DNA of 64,000 nt from an uncultured Gammaproteobacteria bacterium (GCA_965230895.1 OZ246394.1:249316-313315); one strand, 5' to 3'. Numbered from the stretch's first letter, positions 45,748 through 55,746 are shown. The notes: generated by a model not told the origin, from the sequence alone. A program made the numbers and translations.

Positions 45748-46989
45748 ATGCAAAAGAAACGTCTAGCAGTAATCCTCTATCATACTTGTCCGCTTTCAGA
45801 TGAAGTAGATGCCGAAATTGGTGGAGCAAATACGTATGTTCTCGAGCTTTCAAAGTCTCTGGCAAAGAAAGGAAAGGTACTTGATGTGTATACTCGTTTG
45901 CAGGATCCAAAAAGTGAACGAATTGTCCAAGTTAGCCCAAATCTTCGAGTCATTCATTTGCCTGCTGGACCATTAAAGAAACTTCATAAGAAAGAACAAG
46001 AGCAATACATACCTGATTTTCTCGATAATTTTTATACTTTTGTCGAAAAAGAAGAACTCGAATATTCCATAGTAAGTTGTCATTATTATTTGTCGGGCAT
46101 TGCAGGATTGGATATCAAAAAAAAGCTTGGTATTCCTATGATCATGACCTTCCATACATTGGGACTTATGAAGAATCTTGTTGCTCGAAGCGATGATGAG
46201 CGTGAAAGTATTGAGCGTATCCAGACCGAATTACAATTGGTTAAAGAATCAGATCAGATTATTGCAACGAGTGAGACTGATTCTGAATATATAGAAGCAC
46301 TTTATAGTGGCGATTCGAAAAAGATTAGTATTCTAATCCCCGGAGTAAATTTAACCTTGTTTAAACCATTAGACAAATTAAAAGCAAAAAAAGCTATTGG
46401 AGCAGAATCTGAACATAAGATTATTCTTTTTGTTGGTCGCATAGAACCTTTAAAGGGAATCGATGTACTTCTCTACTCACTTAAAATTATTCTTAATGAA
46501 TATCCTGATTTCAAGCTTTGTGTTTGGATTGTCGGTGGAGATGTTTCAAAGCCTGCTGATAACTGGTCGAAAGAATTGAAAAAGTTGAATGAGGTACGCA
46601 AGATTCTGTCTATTGATACTGCTGTAAAGTTTGTCGGGCGGAAAGAGCCATCTGAACTTCCTGCTTATTACAATGCATCCGAGGTGTTAGTACTACCTTC
46701 GCATTACGAGTCATTTGGTATTACGGCTGTTGAAGCTATGGCCTGTGGTGTGCCAGTAATTACTACCGATGTTGCTGGAGTTTCAGATCTTCTTGACCAT
46801 AAACATGATCAGTTGATCACATCAGCAAATAATCCTGTTTTGCTTGCAGATAAGATTAAATCTGTACTTTGCGATAAAAAAGAATATGCAAAATTGAGTA
46901 GTGAATTGCCTCAACGAGTAAAAGATTTAAGCTGGGATGATGCAGCGGATCGGTTTATGAAGCTCTGTCTAGCGTGTGCAAAGACTTAA
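45748..46989 (+). CDS. GT4-family glycosyltransferase
   Basis: PSHYESFGITAVEAMACGVPVI (ExFGxxxxEA). The start was moved to the internal Met (MQKKRLAV...) so it does not overlap the convergent gene. Confidence 0.75.
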   Translation: MQKKRLAVILYHTCPLSDEVDAEIGGANTYVLELSKSLAKKGKVLDVYTRLQDPKSERIVQVSPNLRVIHLPAGPLKKLHKKEQEQYIPDFLDNFYTFVEKEELEYSIVSCHYYLSGIAGLDIKKKLGIPMIMTFHTLGLMKNLVARSDDERESIERIQTELQLVKESDQIIATSETDSEYIEALYSGDSKKISILIPGVNLTLFKPLDKLKAKKAIGAESEHKIILFVGRIEPLKGIDVLLYSLKIILNEYPDFKLCVWIVGGDVSKPADNWSKELKKLNEVRKILSIDTAVKFVGRKEPSELPAYYNASEVLVLPSHYESFGITAVEAMACGVPVITTDVAGVSDLLDHKHDQLITSANNPVLLADKIKSVLCDKKEYAKLSSELPQRVKDLSWDDAADRFMKLCLACAKT

Positions 46990-47219
46990 GAATGAGCAGT
47001 ACAGAATTTAAACTTATGATATGCAGATTGATTCGTTTCTGTGAAGCATGAGGCTACCCTTTCCAATCCTCTCTCTTGAACCGCAAACGTTAGAGCTTGA
47101 AGTCCATAAAGTGAAAAGGTAACCATGACAATAATCAGGATTTTATTCCAATATGGCTCAAACGATTCTATCTCGGCAGGAGCAGGATCTGGAAAGATCT
47201 GCTTTGATCTTTTGGGCAT
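46986..47219 (-). CDS. small single-TM protein (77 aa)
   Basis: TM core IIVMVTFSLYGLQALTFAV; paralogous to 47267-47569. Confidence 0.4.
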   Translation of the reverse strand: MPKRSKQIFPDPAPAEIESFEPYWNKILIIVMVTFSLYGLQALTFAVQERGLERVASCFTETNQSAYHKFKFCTAHS

Positions 47220-47266
47220 TATAATTAGTATCGAGAATTACGTGGAAGATGTCAATATTTTGAGGT

Positions 47267-47569
47267 TTAGTTGAGGATGCCTTGCATTGCGTGAGCTTCA
47301 GGAATGAGGTTATCTATAAAACTTACTGTTTTTGTTCTTGTTTTGAGTTCAGAACATGCAGTAAGACTCATACTTGTGGTTTGATTATTTAGGTTATTAC
47401 AATTGGTAAATGCAGGAGCATCTGCTGCAGTAGCTTTTGCCACAAAACTTTGCGTACCATATCCTAGGAACGTGATGATCACGATACCGATCATTGCGGA
47501 AATGTATGGGGTAAATGAATCACTTGCACGGTAATTTTTGTAATCCGTGTATCTTTTTATTCCTGCCAT
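47267..47569 (-). CDS. small single-TM protein (100 aa), paralog of the preceding gene
   Basis: TM core IGIVIITFLGYGTQSFVAKA. Confidence 0.4.
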   Translation of the reverse strand: MAGIKRYTDYKNYRASDSFTPYISAMIGIVIITFLGYGTQSFVAKATAADAPAFTNCNNLNNQTTSMSLTACSELKTRTKTVSFIDNLIPEAHAMQGILN

Positions 47570-47671
47570 AGAATGTGATCATTATGCAATGCATAGCTGG
47601 TAAAGTCAACATATTATAGTAAGTTATTACAATAGTATTGAGAGTAAGTAATTTACTCTTATATGAATAGA

Positions 47672-48103
47672 CTATTCGTCAGAGAGGTCAAAAAGTTTTA
47701 GCCCAATTTCTTCACTCATTGATTTGGTAAATTCAGTTGGAAGAACTTCAATTTTAATTTCCATAGTTGCAGACACCGTTCCATGGACCAGATGTCCAGA
47801 AAGTGCTTGCATATTTTCATCACCCAATGTTATATGTGGATGAAGAAGTGGTTTCCCTTCAAAAAGTGCAATATTGCCTGTGAAGTTTGTCACTTCAAAA
47901 ATCCCCTCAATCTTTTTCTCACTATACTTTTTATTATCTACTTTGTAGTGTGCAAGAGTTGGATTGTCGATTGATCCAAGTCCGGTAAGCCATGCGTTTT
48001 TAATCCCATGTTTTTCGCAAAAAGAAGTAAGCGTTGAAACAACTTCCTCTTCCCTTTCGAGACGTAAAATATATTGATTATCTGAGATCTTTCCAATTTT
48101 CAT
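47672..48103 (-). CDS. PPC/DUF296-domain protein
   Basis: 143 aa. ...ILRLEREEEVVSTLTSFCEKHGIKNAWLTGLGSI...HPHITLGDENMQALSGHLVHGTVSATMEI matches the DUF296 pattern. Confidence 0.6.
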   Translation of the reverse strand: MKIGKISDNQYILRLEREEEVVSTLTSFCEKHGIKNAWLTGLGSIDNPTLAHYKVDNKKYSEKKIEGIFEVTNFTGNIALFEGKPLLHPHITLGDENMQALSGHLVHGTVSATMEIKIEVLPTEFTKSMSEEIGLKLFDLSDE

Positions 48104-48106
48104 AGA

Positions 48107-48379
48107 TTATTTTTTTAACGCAACTTCAATATCCATTTCAACTTCCTCAAGCCTTTTCTTTACAAGGTCTTTCGTGTCATCGACTCCCTTATTGTAAAGG
48201 TTTGCTCCAATATTTTGAAGGAACATATCAAGTAAGTTCTCTGCCGCAATAACTCCAATTTCTTCCCCGTGTTCTGTACTATAAAAATCGATAATGTCAT
48301 TAATAGCCTTTTGCTTTTGTTCTGGAGTAAGTATATCCCAACTTCTTTTTACATCTGTCATTGTTGCATTACTGTACAA
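48107..48379 (-). CDS. hypothetical protein (90 aa, DUF2164-like)
   Basis: 4 nt downstream of the PPC gene start; helical. Confidence 0.4.
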   Translation of the reverse strand: MYSNATMTDVKRSWDILTPEQKQKAINDIIDFYSTEHGEEIGVIAAENLLDMFLQNIGANLYNKGVDDTKDLVKKRLEEVEMDIEVALKK

Positions 48380-48395
48380 CTTCAGATTATTTCTG

Positions 48396-48938
48396 TCAAT
48401 GGAAATATGTTGTAGCTAAAATGACTATGAAGAATATAGCGTAATAAGCAATTTGTAAAAGTAAAGCATATTTGTAACCTTTCTGGTTCCTCAAAGCTAC
48501 GATAAGCAGCATTACCATACTAAAGAATGATAGCCAACATAGCATCCGTAGAAATTCAGATAGATGAGAAGAAGTCCCTATGATAACTACAAGTGGAAGG
48601 AGCGTAACTGCGGATATACTAGTTAAAATCCTATGAATCAAAGTTTTTCTGCCACCTTCTTCTGGTACAAATGTACAAAGGATTTGGAATAACATCGAAA
48701 TTGAAGCAATCCATAAAAAAATGTTTGGAAGATTTTTTGCTGGGACAAACCATTGCATAAAAAAGAACATAAGAAGCGGTAAGGTTAGTAAAAATAAAGA
48801 AGCGTAATATATTTTTGACCAACGATTTGTAGCAGCATGCTGGCTAAATGTCATGTGTAATCCACCTTTCCATTTTGTGACGGTAAAAAGAAGCCCTGCT
48901 ATAAGCATTAAGATGATATAGAGGATGAGATGCTGCAT
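48396..48938 (-). CDS. integral membrane protein (180 aa, 5-6 TM)
   Basis: Hydrophobicity only. Confidence 0.45.
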   Translation of the reverse strand: MQHLILYIILMLIAGLLFTVTKWKGGLHMTFSQHAATNRWSKIYYASLFLLTLPLLMFFFMQWFVPAKNLPNIFLWIASISMLFQILCTFVPEEGGRKTLIHRILTSISAVTLLPLVVIIGTSSHLSEFLRMLCWLSFFSMVMLLIVALRNQKGYKYALLLQIAYYAIFFIVILATTYFH

Positions 48939-48949
48939 TTGTTAATTAC

Positions 48950-48971
48950 AAAAAAAGCTCCTCTCGGAGCT
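48950..48971 (-). terminator. rho-independent terminator after tRNA-Gly (agctcc-gaga-ggagct + UUUUUUU)
   Basis: Hairpin 48956-48971 with a T-run (plus-strand A-run 48950-48956); 7 nt downstream of the tRNA 3' end. Confidence 0.7.
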
Positions 48972-48978
48972 TACACTG

Positions 48979-49050
48979 AGCGGGTGATGGGAATCGAACC
49001 CACTACATTCTCCTTGGCAAGGAGACATTCTACCGATGAACTACACCCGC
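48979..49050 (-). tRNA. tRNA-Gly (anticodon GCC)
   Basis: Acceptor GCGGGTG/CACCCGC, anticodon stem TCTCC/GGAGA with loop TTGCCAA, T-loop TTCGATT, discriminator U. Confidence 0.85.
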
Positions 49051-49114
49051 GATACAGAGAATTATACCAAAATCCCCCTTTTTCCTCAACTCATCACAAA
49101 ATATCAATACCATT

Positions 49115-49615
49115 TCATATTTTGCTATATGTATAAACTCCGTAAGTCTGAATACTTTTAGTTTGCGGGAGATTAAAAACAGATATAAATTTATAAATGT
49201 TTGTAGGAAAGTCTCTAGTATTTTTGGTAAACAAAAAAAGATTATCAGGATATTGCATAAGTACCCCTCCAAGGATAAGATCTGTCATGTCTATTCCTTT
49301 ACCATCGATACCAAACTTTTGAATCAATGTGTAAATATTCTCATACGTATCTTTCGTTATTGATAAATAAGCATCAATAATCCCCTTAAGTATCTCCATT
49401 TTTTCATTATATTTGATTTCATCCGTTGCTCCTTATAAAAACTCAAAAGCTACTGGATCAATACTAGTAATGATTGTTCCATTTGCTTTTAACTCTTTAA
49501 AAAAAGTTATAAAAGCTGTAGGTTTCGTCAAGTAATCAATAAAGATATTGGTATCTAAAATAATATGTTTATCTTTTAAGAGAGGTAATAAATCAGATGG
49601 TTTTACTAAGTCCAT
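49115..49615 (-). pseudogene. PIN-domain (VapC-like) toxin gene interrupted by a single in-frame TAA
   Basis: N-terminal ...HIILDTNIFIDYL... (canonical PIN start) ends with TAA at rc 49433-49435. Exactly 33 nt later, in the same frame, MEILKG...TKNTRDFPTNIY supplies the PIN C-terminal motif. Confidence 0.65.
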
Positions 49616-49750
49616 ACTTTTCGTTCTGTTCCTTTAAATATTTGTTTTCTTCCTCAAAATACTTCTTTACTTTTTTAGCTAAAATCTCAAGTTTTTTTGT
49701 ATCTAGTGTTTTCTTCTTTTCAATTGTAGGTAACTGGGGCTGTTTATTCA
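49593..49750 (-). CDS. small antitoxin-like protein (52 aa from the internal Met) overlapping the PIN gene start
   Basis: MNKQPQLPTIEKKKTLDTKKLEILAKKVKKYFEE... Its 3' end overlaps the PIN ATG by 23 nt. The longer ORF-track version would overlap polA. Confidence 0.45.
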
Positions 49751-49783
49751 TAATAATATTATTGTATAGAAGTAATCTAATAA

Positions 49784-51202
49784 TCAAGTAAGAATAGGTT
49801 TCAAATTTCCCCATTCCTTTCCTACTTTCACATCAACTGTGGTCGGGACAGAGAGTGGATAGACTGAAGTCATCACGTTTTGAATTTCTTTTATAATTCC
49901 TGATTCAACTTCTTCATCAGGAATTTCAAATACTAAATCATCATGGATCGTCAGAAGCAATGCGACTTCAGGGTGTTTGGTTAAAATTTCTTTGTGCACA
50001 TCGACCATTACCTTTTTCATAAAATCAGCAGCAGCTCCTTGAATCGGATAATTCATCAGAACTCTTCGCATACTGTTATCGATGAATTTTCGCTTTGGAT
50101 CCTCAAAAACATATCTTCTCCGTCCAAGAATCGTCTCGACTGTCCCATGGATTTTTGCGTTCTTGAGATAGTCATCGTAAAAGGTTTTGATGCTAGGATA
50201 TGATCCGTAAAATTGTTTGATGAATTGGTCAGCTGCTTCTTGAGGGATATTTAATCCAGCACTCATACCATAACTACTCATCCCGTAAACAATGCCGAAG
50301 TTAATAGTCTTGCCTATATGTCTTTGATCTTTTGTGACTTTATCATAATCAACTTCAAATAACTTGCTTGCTGTTATCTTGTGTACATCCTGATTTTTTG
50401 AGAAAGCTTCATTGAGTGCTTTCTCTCCGGTCAAATGAGCAAGAATTCGGAGCTCTTGTTGTGAGTAATCAAAGGAAACAAATGTGTGACCGGGTTTTGC
50501 TATGAAGCATGATTTAATCTCTTGTCCCATTTCTGAAGTCACGGGAATGTTTTGCAAATTCGGATTAAGTGAAGCGAGTCTTCCTGTGTTTACCATGACT
50601 TGATTGTATGTGGTGTGTACCAATCCGTTTTCATCAACTTTTTGAATCAAACTTTCGACATATGTCGATCGGAGTTTGCTCAATTCTCGATGCTTCAATA
50701 AGTTATGAATGATATCGAACTGATCAGCGAATTTTGAAAGCTCTGCTTCATTGGTGGCGTATTTTCCTGTTTTGGTTAAGCTTAGTGGTACACCCATTTT
50801 TTCAGCGAGGAATGTCCCAAGTTGCAGTGGAGATTTGAGATTAATTCCCCCGCCTGTTTCTTTGGCAATTTCTTCTTCGAGTTCTATCAAAAGCCTATCG
50901 ATCTTTTCTCCAACCGATGTAAGTTTCTCGACATTCAAAATAATGCCATGCTTTTCCATGTTACGAAGCACTTTTGCCAATGGTAATTCTATTTCAAAAT
51001 ATAATTTCTTAAGCTTTGGATAGTCTTTCAATTTTTCTTGCTGCTTCTTGGCTAATTCTTCAAGATCCTTTGCTCCATATTTCTTTAATGTCTCTTCTTC
51101 GGATTTGAGTCCTCGCCCTTCGAGGAGTAATGCTTCAGCGATGTAGCAGTCGAAGACCTCATCAAATGTTTCAGCAGTTTTACAATCCCATATTGCTTTC
51201 AT
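49784..51202 (-). CDS. polA: DNA polymerase I, polymerase-domain-only protein (no 5'-3' or 3'-5' exonuclease domains)
   Basis: 472 aa. Motif A SFDYSQQELRILAHL, motif B RHIGKTINFGIVYGMS, motif C IHDDLVFE. The ORF begins MKAIWDCK directly at the thumb/palm region. Confidence 0.8.
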   Translation of the reverse strand: MKAIWDCKTAETFDEVFDCYIAEALLLEGRGLKSEEETLKKYGAKDLEELAKKQQEKLKDYPKLKKLYFEIELPLAKVLRNMEKHGIILNVEKLTSVGEKIDRLLIELEEEIAKETGGGINLKSPLQLGTFLAEKMGVPLSLTKTGKYATNEAELSKFADQFDIIHNLLKHRELSKLRSTYVESLIQKVDENGLVHTTYNQVMVNTGRLASLNPNLQNIPVTSEMGQEIKSCFIAKPGHTFVSFDYSQQELRILAHLTGEKALNEAFSKNQDVHKITASKLFEVDYDKVTKDQRHIGKTINFGIVYGMSSYGMSAGLNIPQEAADQFIKQFYGSYPSIKTFYDDYLKNAKIHGTVETILGRRRYVFEDPKRKFIDNSMRRVLMNYPIQGAAADFMKKVMVDVHKEILTKHPEVALLLTIHDDLVFEIPDEEVESGIIKEIQNVMTSVYPLSVPTTVDVKVGKEWGNLKPILT

Positions 51203-51289
51203 GAGGTTATTATAGCGTATATTGTCTAGTAATTTTTCTTACCAAACTCTGCATTGAATTGTAGGGTGAGACTTGGTATTGTTTAACTA

Positions 51290-51703
51290 GTGAACTCTCT
51301 GTTTTACATAAAGCTTTTTCTCGCAACATTTATTGTTTTTCTGGCTGTTGATTTCGTCTGGTTAAGTTTTGTTGCAACGAGTTATTACAAAGAGCAAATC
51401 GGTTTTCTCCTCTCAACACAGCCAAATATCCTTGCTGCAGGTGTTTTCTATGCAGTTTATGTCATTGGATTACTTTATTTTGTCGTCCTACCGGCATTGA
51501 AAGTCAAAAAAAGTCATGCAGGCATTGTAGGGTTTGCCGGTGTTTTCTTCGGGTTTGTTGCTTATGGAACGTACGAACTTACTAACTTTGCGACTGTAGC
51601 AAATTGGCCGTTTGAGCTTGTTGTAGTGGATCTTATTTGGGGGACTGTTTTGACTGCCGTAACTGCCTGGGCTGGCTTTATCGTCGGGAGAAAATTACTC
51701 TAA
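51290..51703 (+). CDS. DUF2177-like membrane protein
   Basis: 137 aa, 4 TM, small conserved-looking membrane protein. Confidence 0.5.
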   Translation: MNSLFYIKLFLATFIVFLAVDFVWLSFVATSYYKEQIGFLLSTQPNILAAGVFYAVYVIGLLYFVVLPALKVKKSHAGIVGFAGVFFGFVAYGTYELTNFATVANWPFELVVVDLIWGTVLTAVTAWAGFIVGRKLL

Positions 51704-52485
51704 TGGAATTTCTATCTACTTTTGGCTTCGCTGCTCTTATCGTTTTTGTCTTTATGACATTGGCTTTTGCTATTTCTGTCATCCGCAAGAGAAATGATTT
51801 CGCTGATACTGCTTGGGGAATTGGATTTATTGTTGTCGCTGTTTCTACACTTCTTCTCAGTGGCTCTTATTATGAAAAGCAATTGCTCGTGACCGGATTA
51901 GTCACTCTTTGGGGGCTTCGTTTGGCGGGACACATCTATCTCCGTAATCGTGGACGAAAAGAAGATCATCGCTATGAAGAATTGAAAAAGAACTGGAAGG
52001 GAAATTTCTACGTCCAATCCTATCTCAATGTCTTCCTCGCTCAGGGTTTATTATTACTTTTAATAAGTACTCCTGTCATCTTTATTAATTCAAGCACAGA
52101 AGCAGGTTTCCAACTTCTTGATGGAATAGCTTTGGTAATCTGGTTTATTGGATTTTACTTCGAAGCAAATGGTGATTATGAACTGTCGGAGTTTATCAAA
52201 AATCCTGATAATAAGGGTCATGTTATGCAAGATGGTTTATGGAAGTATACAAGGCATCCAAATTACTTTGGTGAAGTGATGCAATGGTGGGGAATTTTTC
52301 TGATTGCAGCAAGTTTGCCAAATGGTATTTTTACTATCATTGGACCTTTGGTTATTACAATCTTAATTACAAAAGTTTCAGGTATTCCACTTCTCGAGAA
52401 GAAATATGCTGGCCGACCTGAATGGGAAGCATATAAGAGAAAGACAAGCGTATTCTTTCCTTTCCCTCCAAAGAGTGAACGTTAA
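51703..52485 (+). CDS. DUF1295 / ICMT-PEMT-like membrane protein (steroid-5alpha-reductase-fold family)
   Basis: WKYTRHPNYFGEVMQWWGIF (RHPNYxG motif). The start was set at the ATG overlapping the upstream stop (TAATGG). Confidence 0.6.
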   Translation: MEFLSTFGFAALIVFVFMTLAFAISVIRKRNDFADTAWGIGFIVVAVSTLLLSGSYYEKQLLVTGLVTLWGLRLAGHIYLRNRGRKEDHRYEELKKNWKGNFYVQSYLNVFLAQGLLLLLISTPVIFINSSTEAGFQLLDGIALVIWFIGFYFEANGDYELSEFIKNPDNKGHVMQDGLWKYTRHPNYFGEVMQWWGIFLIAASLPNGIFTIIGPLVITILITKVSGIPLLEKKYAGRPEWEAYKRKTSVFFPFPPKSER

Positions 52486-52934
52486 GCGACTTTCACAAGC
52501 GTATACTTTACAGTTCCTGATGGGATTACTAATTCGACTTCGTCACCCTGTTTCTTTCCTTCAACAGCTTTACCAATTGGAGAGAGTAATGATAGTTTGC
52601 CTTCGCTGGGATTTGCTTCGAGATCACCGACCATTTGGTAGGTCATCTCACGAGTTTCATTCTTCAAGGTAATTGTATTTCCAATTCCTACTCCATCGGC
52701 TTTATTATCGTCAACAATTTGTGCAACCTTCATGTAATATTTGATTCGCATTATTCTGGAATCAATTGAACGAAGCTTTTGTTTGGAAGCTTGATAATAT
52801 CCATTCTCTTTCAGATCTCCAAGTTCACGTGCTTTTTGGACATCTTCAATGACTCCGGGACGTTCTGCATTTAAATCATCCAATTCTTTCTTGAGGTCGT
52901 CAAATCCTTTTTGTGTAAAACGTATCTTATCCAT
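52482..52934 (-). CDS. greA: transcription elongation factor GreA
   Basis: 150 aa. ...ELGDLKENGYYQASKQKLRSIDSRIMRI... and a C-terminal FKBP-like domain. Confidence 0.9.
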   Translation of the reverse strand: MDKIRFTQKGFDDLKKELDDLNAERPGVIEDVQKARELGDLKENGYYQASKQKLRSIDSRIMRIKYYMKVAQIVDDNKADGVGIGNTITLKNETREMTYQMVGDLEANPSEGKLSLLSPIGKAVEGKKQGDEVELVIPSGTVKYTLVKVA

Positions 52935-52955
52935 GAATGTATTATACTATAAAGC

Positions 52956-53207
52956 ATGAGTTACTTTGTTTACATATTACAATGTGCTGATGGGACGTAC
53001 TATACAGGCAGTACCAACGACGTTGAGAAAAGAGTTCTCACACATAATACGAGTAAAACCGGTGCGAAATATACAAAGTCCCGAAGACCTGTGAGACTTG
53101 TTTATCAGGAAGAACTTGAAGATAAAGGAAAAGCTTTAACGAGAGAAAATGAGATTAAACGATTGAGTAGAGCAGAGAAAATCCGATTGGTACATTTGAT
53201 AAAATGA
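52956..53207 (+). CDS. GIY-YIG nuclease-domain protein (YhbQ/UPF0213-like)
   Basis: FVYILQCADGTYYTGSTNDVEKRVLTHN (GIY...YTG...R). Confidence 0.75.
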   Translation: MSYFVYILQCADGTYYTGSTNDVEKRVLTHNTSKTGAKYTKSRRPVRLVYQEELEDKGKALTRENEIKRLSRAEKIRLVHLIK

Positions 53208-53211
53208 TTGT

Positions 53212-53574
53212 GTGATTATATTTATTTTAAATTTTCCTTATACGTTTTTTGGTCTTATATTAGGATTAATATCAATCCCGACATCTGTAGGCATTCATAA
53301 AAAGCCTTTTGCAATCATAATATATATTAAGAGCTTTTGGTGGAGCTTCATGAGAGGATCGAGAGCAAAGACCTGTGGGAATGTCGTTCTATTAAGTAAT
53401 AGAATTTTAAAGAATGATTTAGAGCATGAGTTAATTCATGTTCAGCAGGCTGAACGATATCCATTTATCTTCCCTTTTCTTTATTATAATGAGTTCTTAT
53501 TTAAGGGCTATAAATCAAATAAATTTGAAGAAGAAGCTCATAACTCGTCTAATAGTACCTATAAAGATAATTAA
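53212..53574 (+). CDS. small membrane-associated protein with HExxH motif (putative metallopeptidase-like)
   Basis: N-terminal TM helix, then LEHELIHVQQAE. Confidence 0.4.
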   Translation: MIIFILNFPYTFFGLILGLISIPTSVGIHKKPFAIIIYIKSFWWSFMRGSRAKTCGNVVLLSNRILKNDLEHELIHVQQAERYPFIFPFLYYNEFLFKGYKSNKFEEEAHNSSNSTYKDN

Positions 53575-53621
53575 AGGTACTTTCTTACATACCTCTTAAG
53601 CTCTACTGTTATCATAGCTGG

Positions 53622-53957
53622 ATGGGAGTTCATAAGCCGAAACCATTATTACGCCGTTTAAGTTTCTTATATAAGGTCGTTAGCCATCCGTATAGCTTCC
53701 TCTTTATTTTTGCATCAATTATTGGATGGTTTATTTTTGGCTATATGCTTCATTTCGAAGAAGCTTGGTACAAATGGTTCCATGTCTACGAAATGGTTAT
53801 TACGCTAATCATGGTTTTTTTGATCGAAAATTCAACACATGCTGACAATAGAGCAATGCAAGAAAAATTAGATGAAATCATTCGCGCGTTACCAAAAGCG
53901 AGTGACAAGAAAATTGGATTAGAAAAAAAATTAAAGGGTGAAAAGATTCAGTTTTAA
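53622..53957 (+). CDS. small membrane protein (111 aa)
   Basis: Two TM helices. Confidence 0.4.
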   Translation: MGVHKPKPLLRRLSFLYKVVSHPYSFLFIFASIIGWFIFGYMLHFEEAWYKWFHVYEMVITLIMVFLIENSTHADNRAMQEKLDEIIRALPKASDKKIGLEKKLKGEKIQF

Positions 53958-54002
53958 TCAGATCCTTCGACTGCACTTCGTTTCGCTCAGGATAAAAATT
54001 AC

Positions 54003-54473
54003 TTAGGCTACTTTAGTTCGGTTGTAGAGTCCGATTAATTCAGCTTTATCTATAATATGACCATCCATCGCATCAATAACTGATTGTTTCGTTACCTCAT
54101 TTGGGTCAGGGAATTCGATCATTGTATCGAGCGCAAAGAGCTTGAAGAAATATCGATGTTCGCGATCTGGTGGACATGCTCCAGCATATGCATGTTTATT
54201 GGCAGAATTTAAACCTACTGCTCCTGGAGGGGCGATCGTATTTTCATCAATATCTGTTACAGTTGGATCAATATTATAAATGACCCAATGATCAAAGACA
54301 CCATCTGGTTTTAAATTCTTTGGAACATCTGGATCATCCATAAGTAGTACCAAACTTTGTGCTTCTTTCGGGATGTCACTAAATTTTAAAGGAGGATTTA
54401 CATTGTCACCGTCACATGTATACTTACTTGGAATTGGCTGGTTATTTTCAAAAGTGGAGCTGGTTATCTGCAT
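54003..54473 (-). CDS. YbhB/YbcL-family phosphatidylethanolamine-binding protein (PEBP)
   Basis: ...GACPPDREHRYFFKLFALD... matches the bacterial PEBP signature (HRYxFxLYALD). Confidence 0.75.
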   Translation of the reverse strand: MQITSSTFENNQPIPSKYTCDGDNVNPPLKFSDIPKEAQSLVLLMDDPDVPKNLKPDGVFDHWVIYNIDPTVTDIDENTIAPPGAVGLNSANKHAYAGACPPDREHRYFFKLFALDTMIEFPDPNEVTKQSVIDAMDGHIIDKAELIGLYNRTKVA

Positions 54474-54518
54474 ATATAAATTGTACTGCTCGACTATGTA
54501 CTCTGTGTAAGAATCAAC

Positions 54519-55643
54519 TTACATACCTTTTCCAATGATGTCTGCAATACTTTTAAATACTACTTCCATATCAGTTTGTTCTTTGACTGAAATAAATACT
54601 GGCTCATGATCGCTGTATTTTTCTTTGAGTGCTTCCTGGTCTAGGCCTTTTACTTTATCAATCTTGTTGAAAACGTATACCATGTGATCGTCTAAGTGAA
54701 TACCAATTTCATGAAGAATATTATTGACGACGTGGATCTTCTCTTCAAACTCTGGATCAGATACATCAATAACATGCAAAAGGACATCTGCGTGAATTGA
54801 TTCCATCAGCGTTGATTTAAAGGCCTGGATGAGTCTTGGAGGAAGATTTCTTATAAAACCAATCGTATCTGTAATTAAAACTTCCTTTTCAAGTTGCGGG
54901 ACGTAAACGTTACTTACACTACTATCGAGTGTGGCAAAGAGAGCATTCTTTTCCAACACGCCTTTATGTGTTAATAAATTAAACAATGAACTTTTTCCTG
55001 CGTTTGTATATCCAACGATCGAAACAGTTTGAAATCCAGCGCGTTTGCGCTGTTCGATTTGCGCATTTCGTGCTTCACTAATCTTATCCAATTTATCAGT
55101 TATTTCTTTGATCCCTTCTCTCCAGTGGCGTTTCATAAGTTCGGTATTGGTTTCTCCAACTCCAAGTGTTCCGATACCTCCACCTTGCTTTGAAAGAATT
55201 GCTCCCATACCATAAATCCTCGGTCCCATGTATCGCATCCGTGCTAACTCAATTTGTAGCTTTGCTTCAGTTGTCGTCGCATGTTTATCAAAGATCTGCA
55301 AAATAAGATCCATCCGATCCCAAACTTCAATCTGTGGATTTACTTCCTGAAATCGAGTTTTCAATGTATGGACTTGGCGAGGCTTTGCCATTGTATTTAG
55401 TACAACGACATCAATGTCATGTTCCTTAATCTTTTCTATAACTTCAAGCACTTTTCCTCGCCCGACAAAAGTTCCTTGATCAGGATGGTTGAGTTTCTGA
55501 ATAATTCTATCCGGTACTTCCCCACCCAATGTTTTGATCAATGATTCTAATTCTTCAGCAATACTGAGAGATCGTTCTTGGTTGGCTTGTGGGTTGATAA
55601 CATGGACTGGTAAAACACGTAATGTCTTTTCAAGTTCAATCAT
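54519..55643 (-). CDS. hflX: GTPase HflX
   Basis: N-terminal HflX domain, G1 GYTNAGKSSLFNLLT, G3 TDTIGF, G4 NKID. Confidence 0.9.
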   Translation of the reverse strand: MIELEKTLRVLPVHVINPQANQERSLSIAEELESLIKTLGGEVPDRIIQKLNHPDQGTFVGRGKVLEVIEKIKEHDIDVVVLNTMAKPRQVHTLKTRFQEVNPQIEVWDRMDLILQIFDKHATTTEAKLQIELARMRYMGPRIYGMGAILSKQGGGIGTLGVGETNTELMKRHWREGIKEITDKLDKISEARNAQIEQRKRAGFQTVSIVGYTNAGKSSLFNLLTHKGVLEKNALFATLDSSVSNVYVPQLEKEVLITDTIGFIRNLPPRLIQAFKSTLMESIHADVLLHVIDVSDPEFEEKIHVVNNILHEIGIHLDDHMVYVFNKIDKVKGLDQEALKEKYSDHEPVFISVKEQTDMEVVFKSIADIIGKGM

Positions 55644-55746
55644 ATGTCGTCATTATAACGGAATGATCTCTATAAAGGAAATTACATCTAATTTATAATT
55701 TCTCTATGCATTGGAGAAAATTCTATGATGATGTTATAATGCCGCA

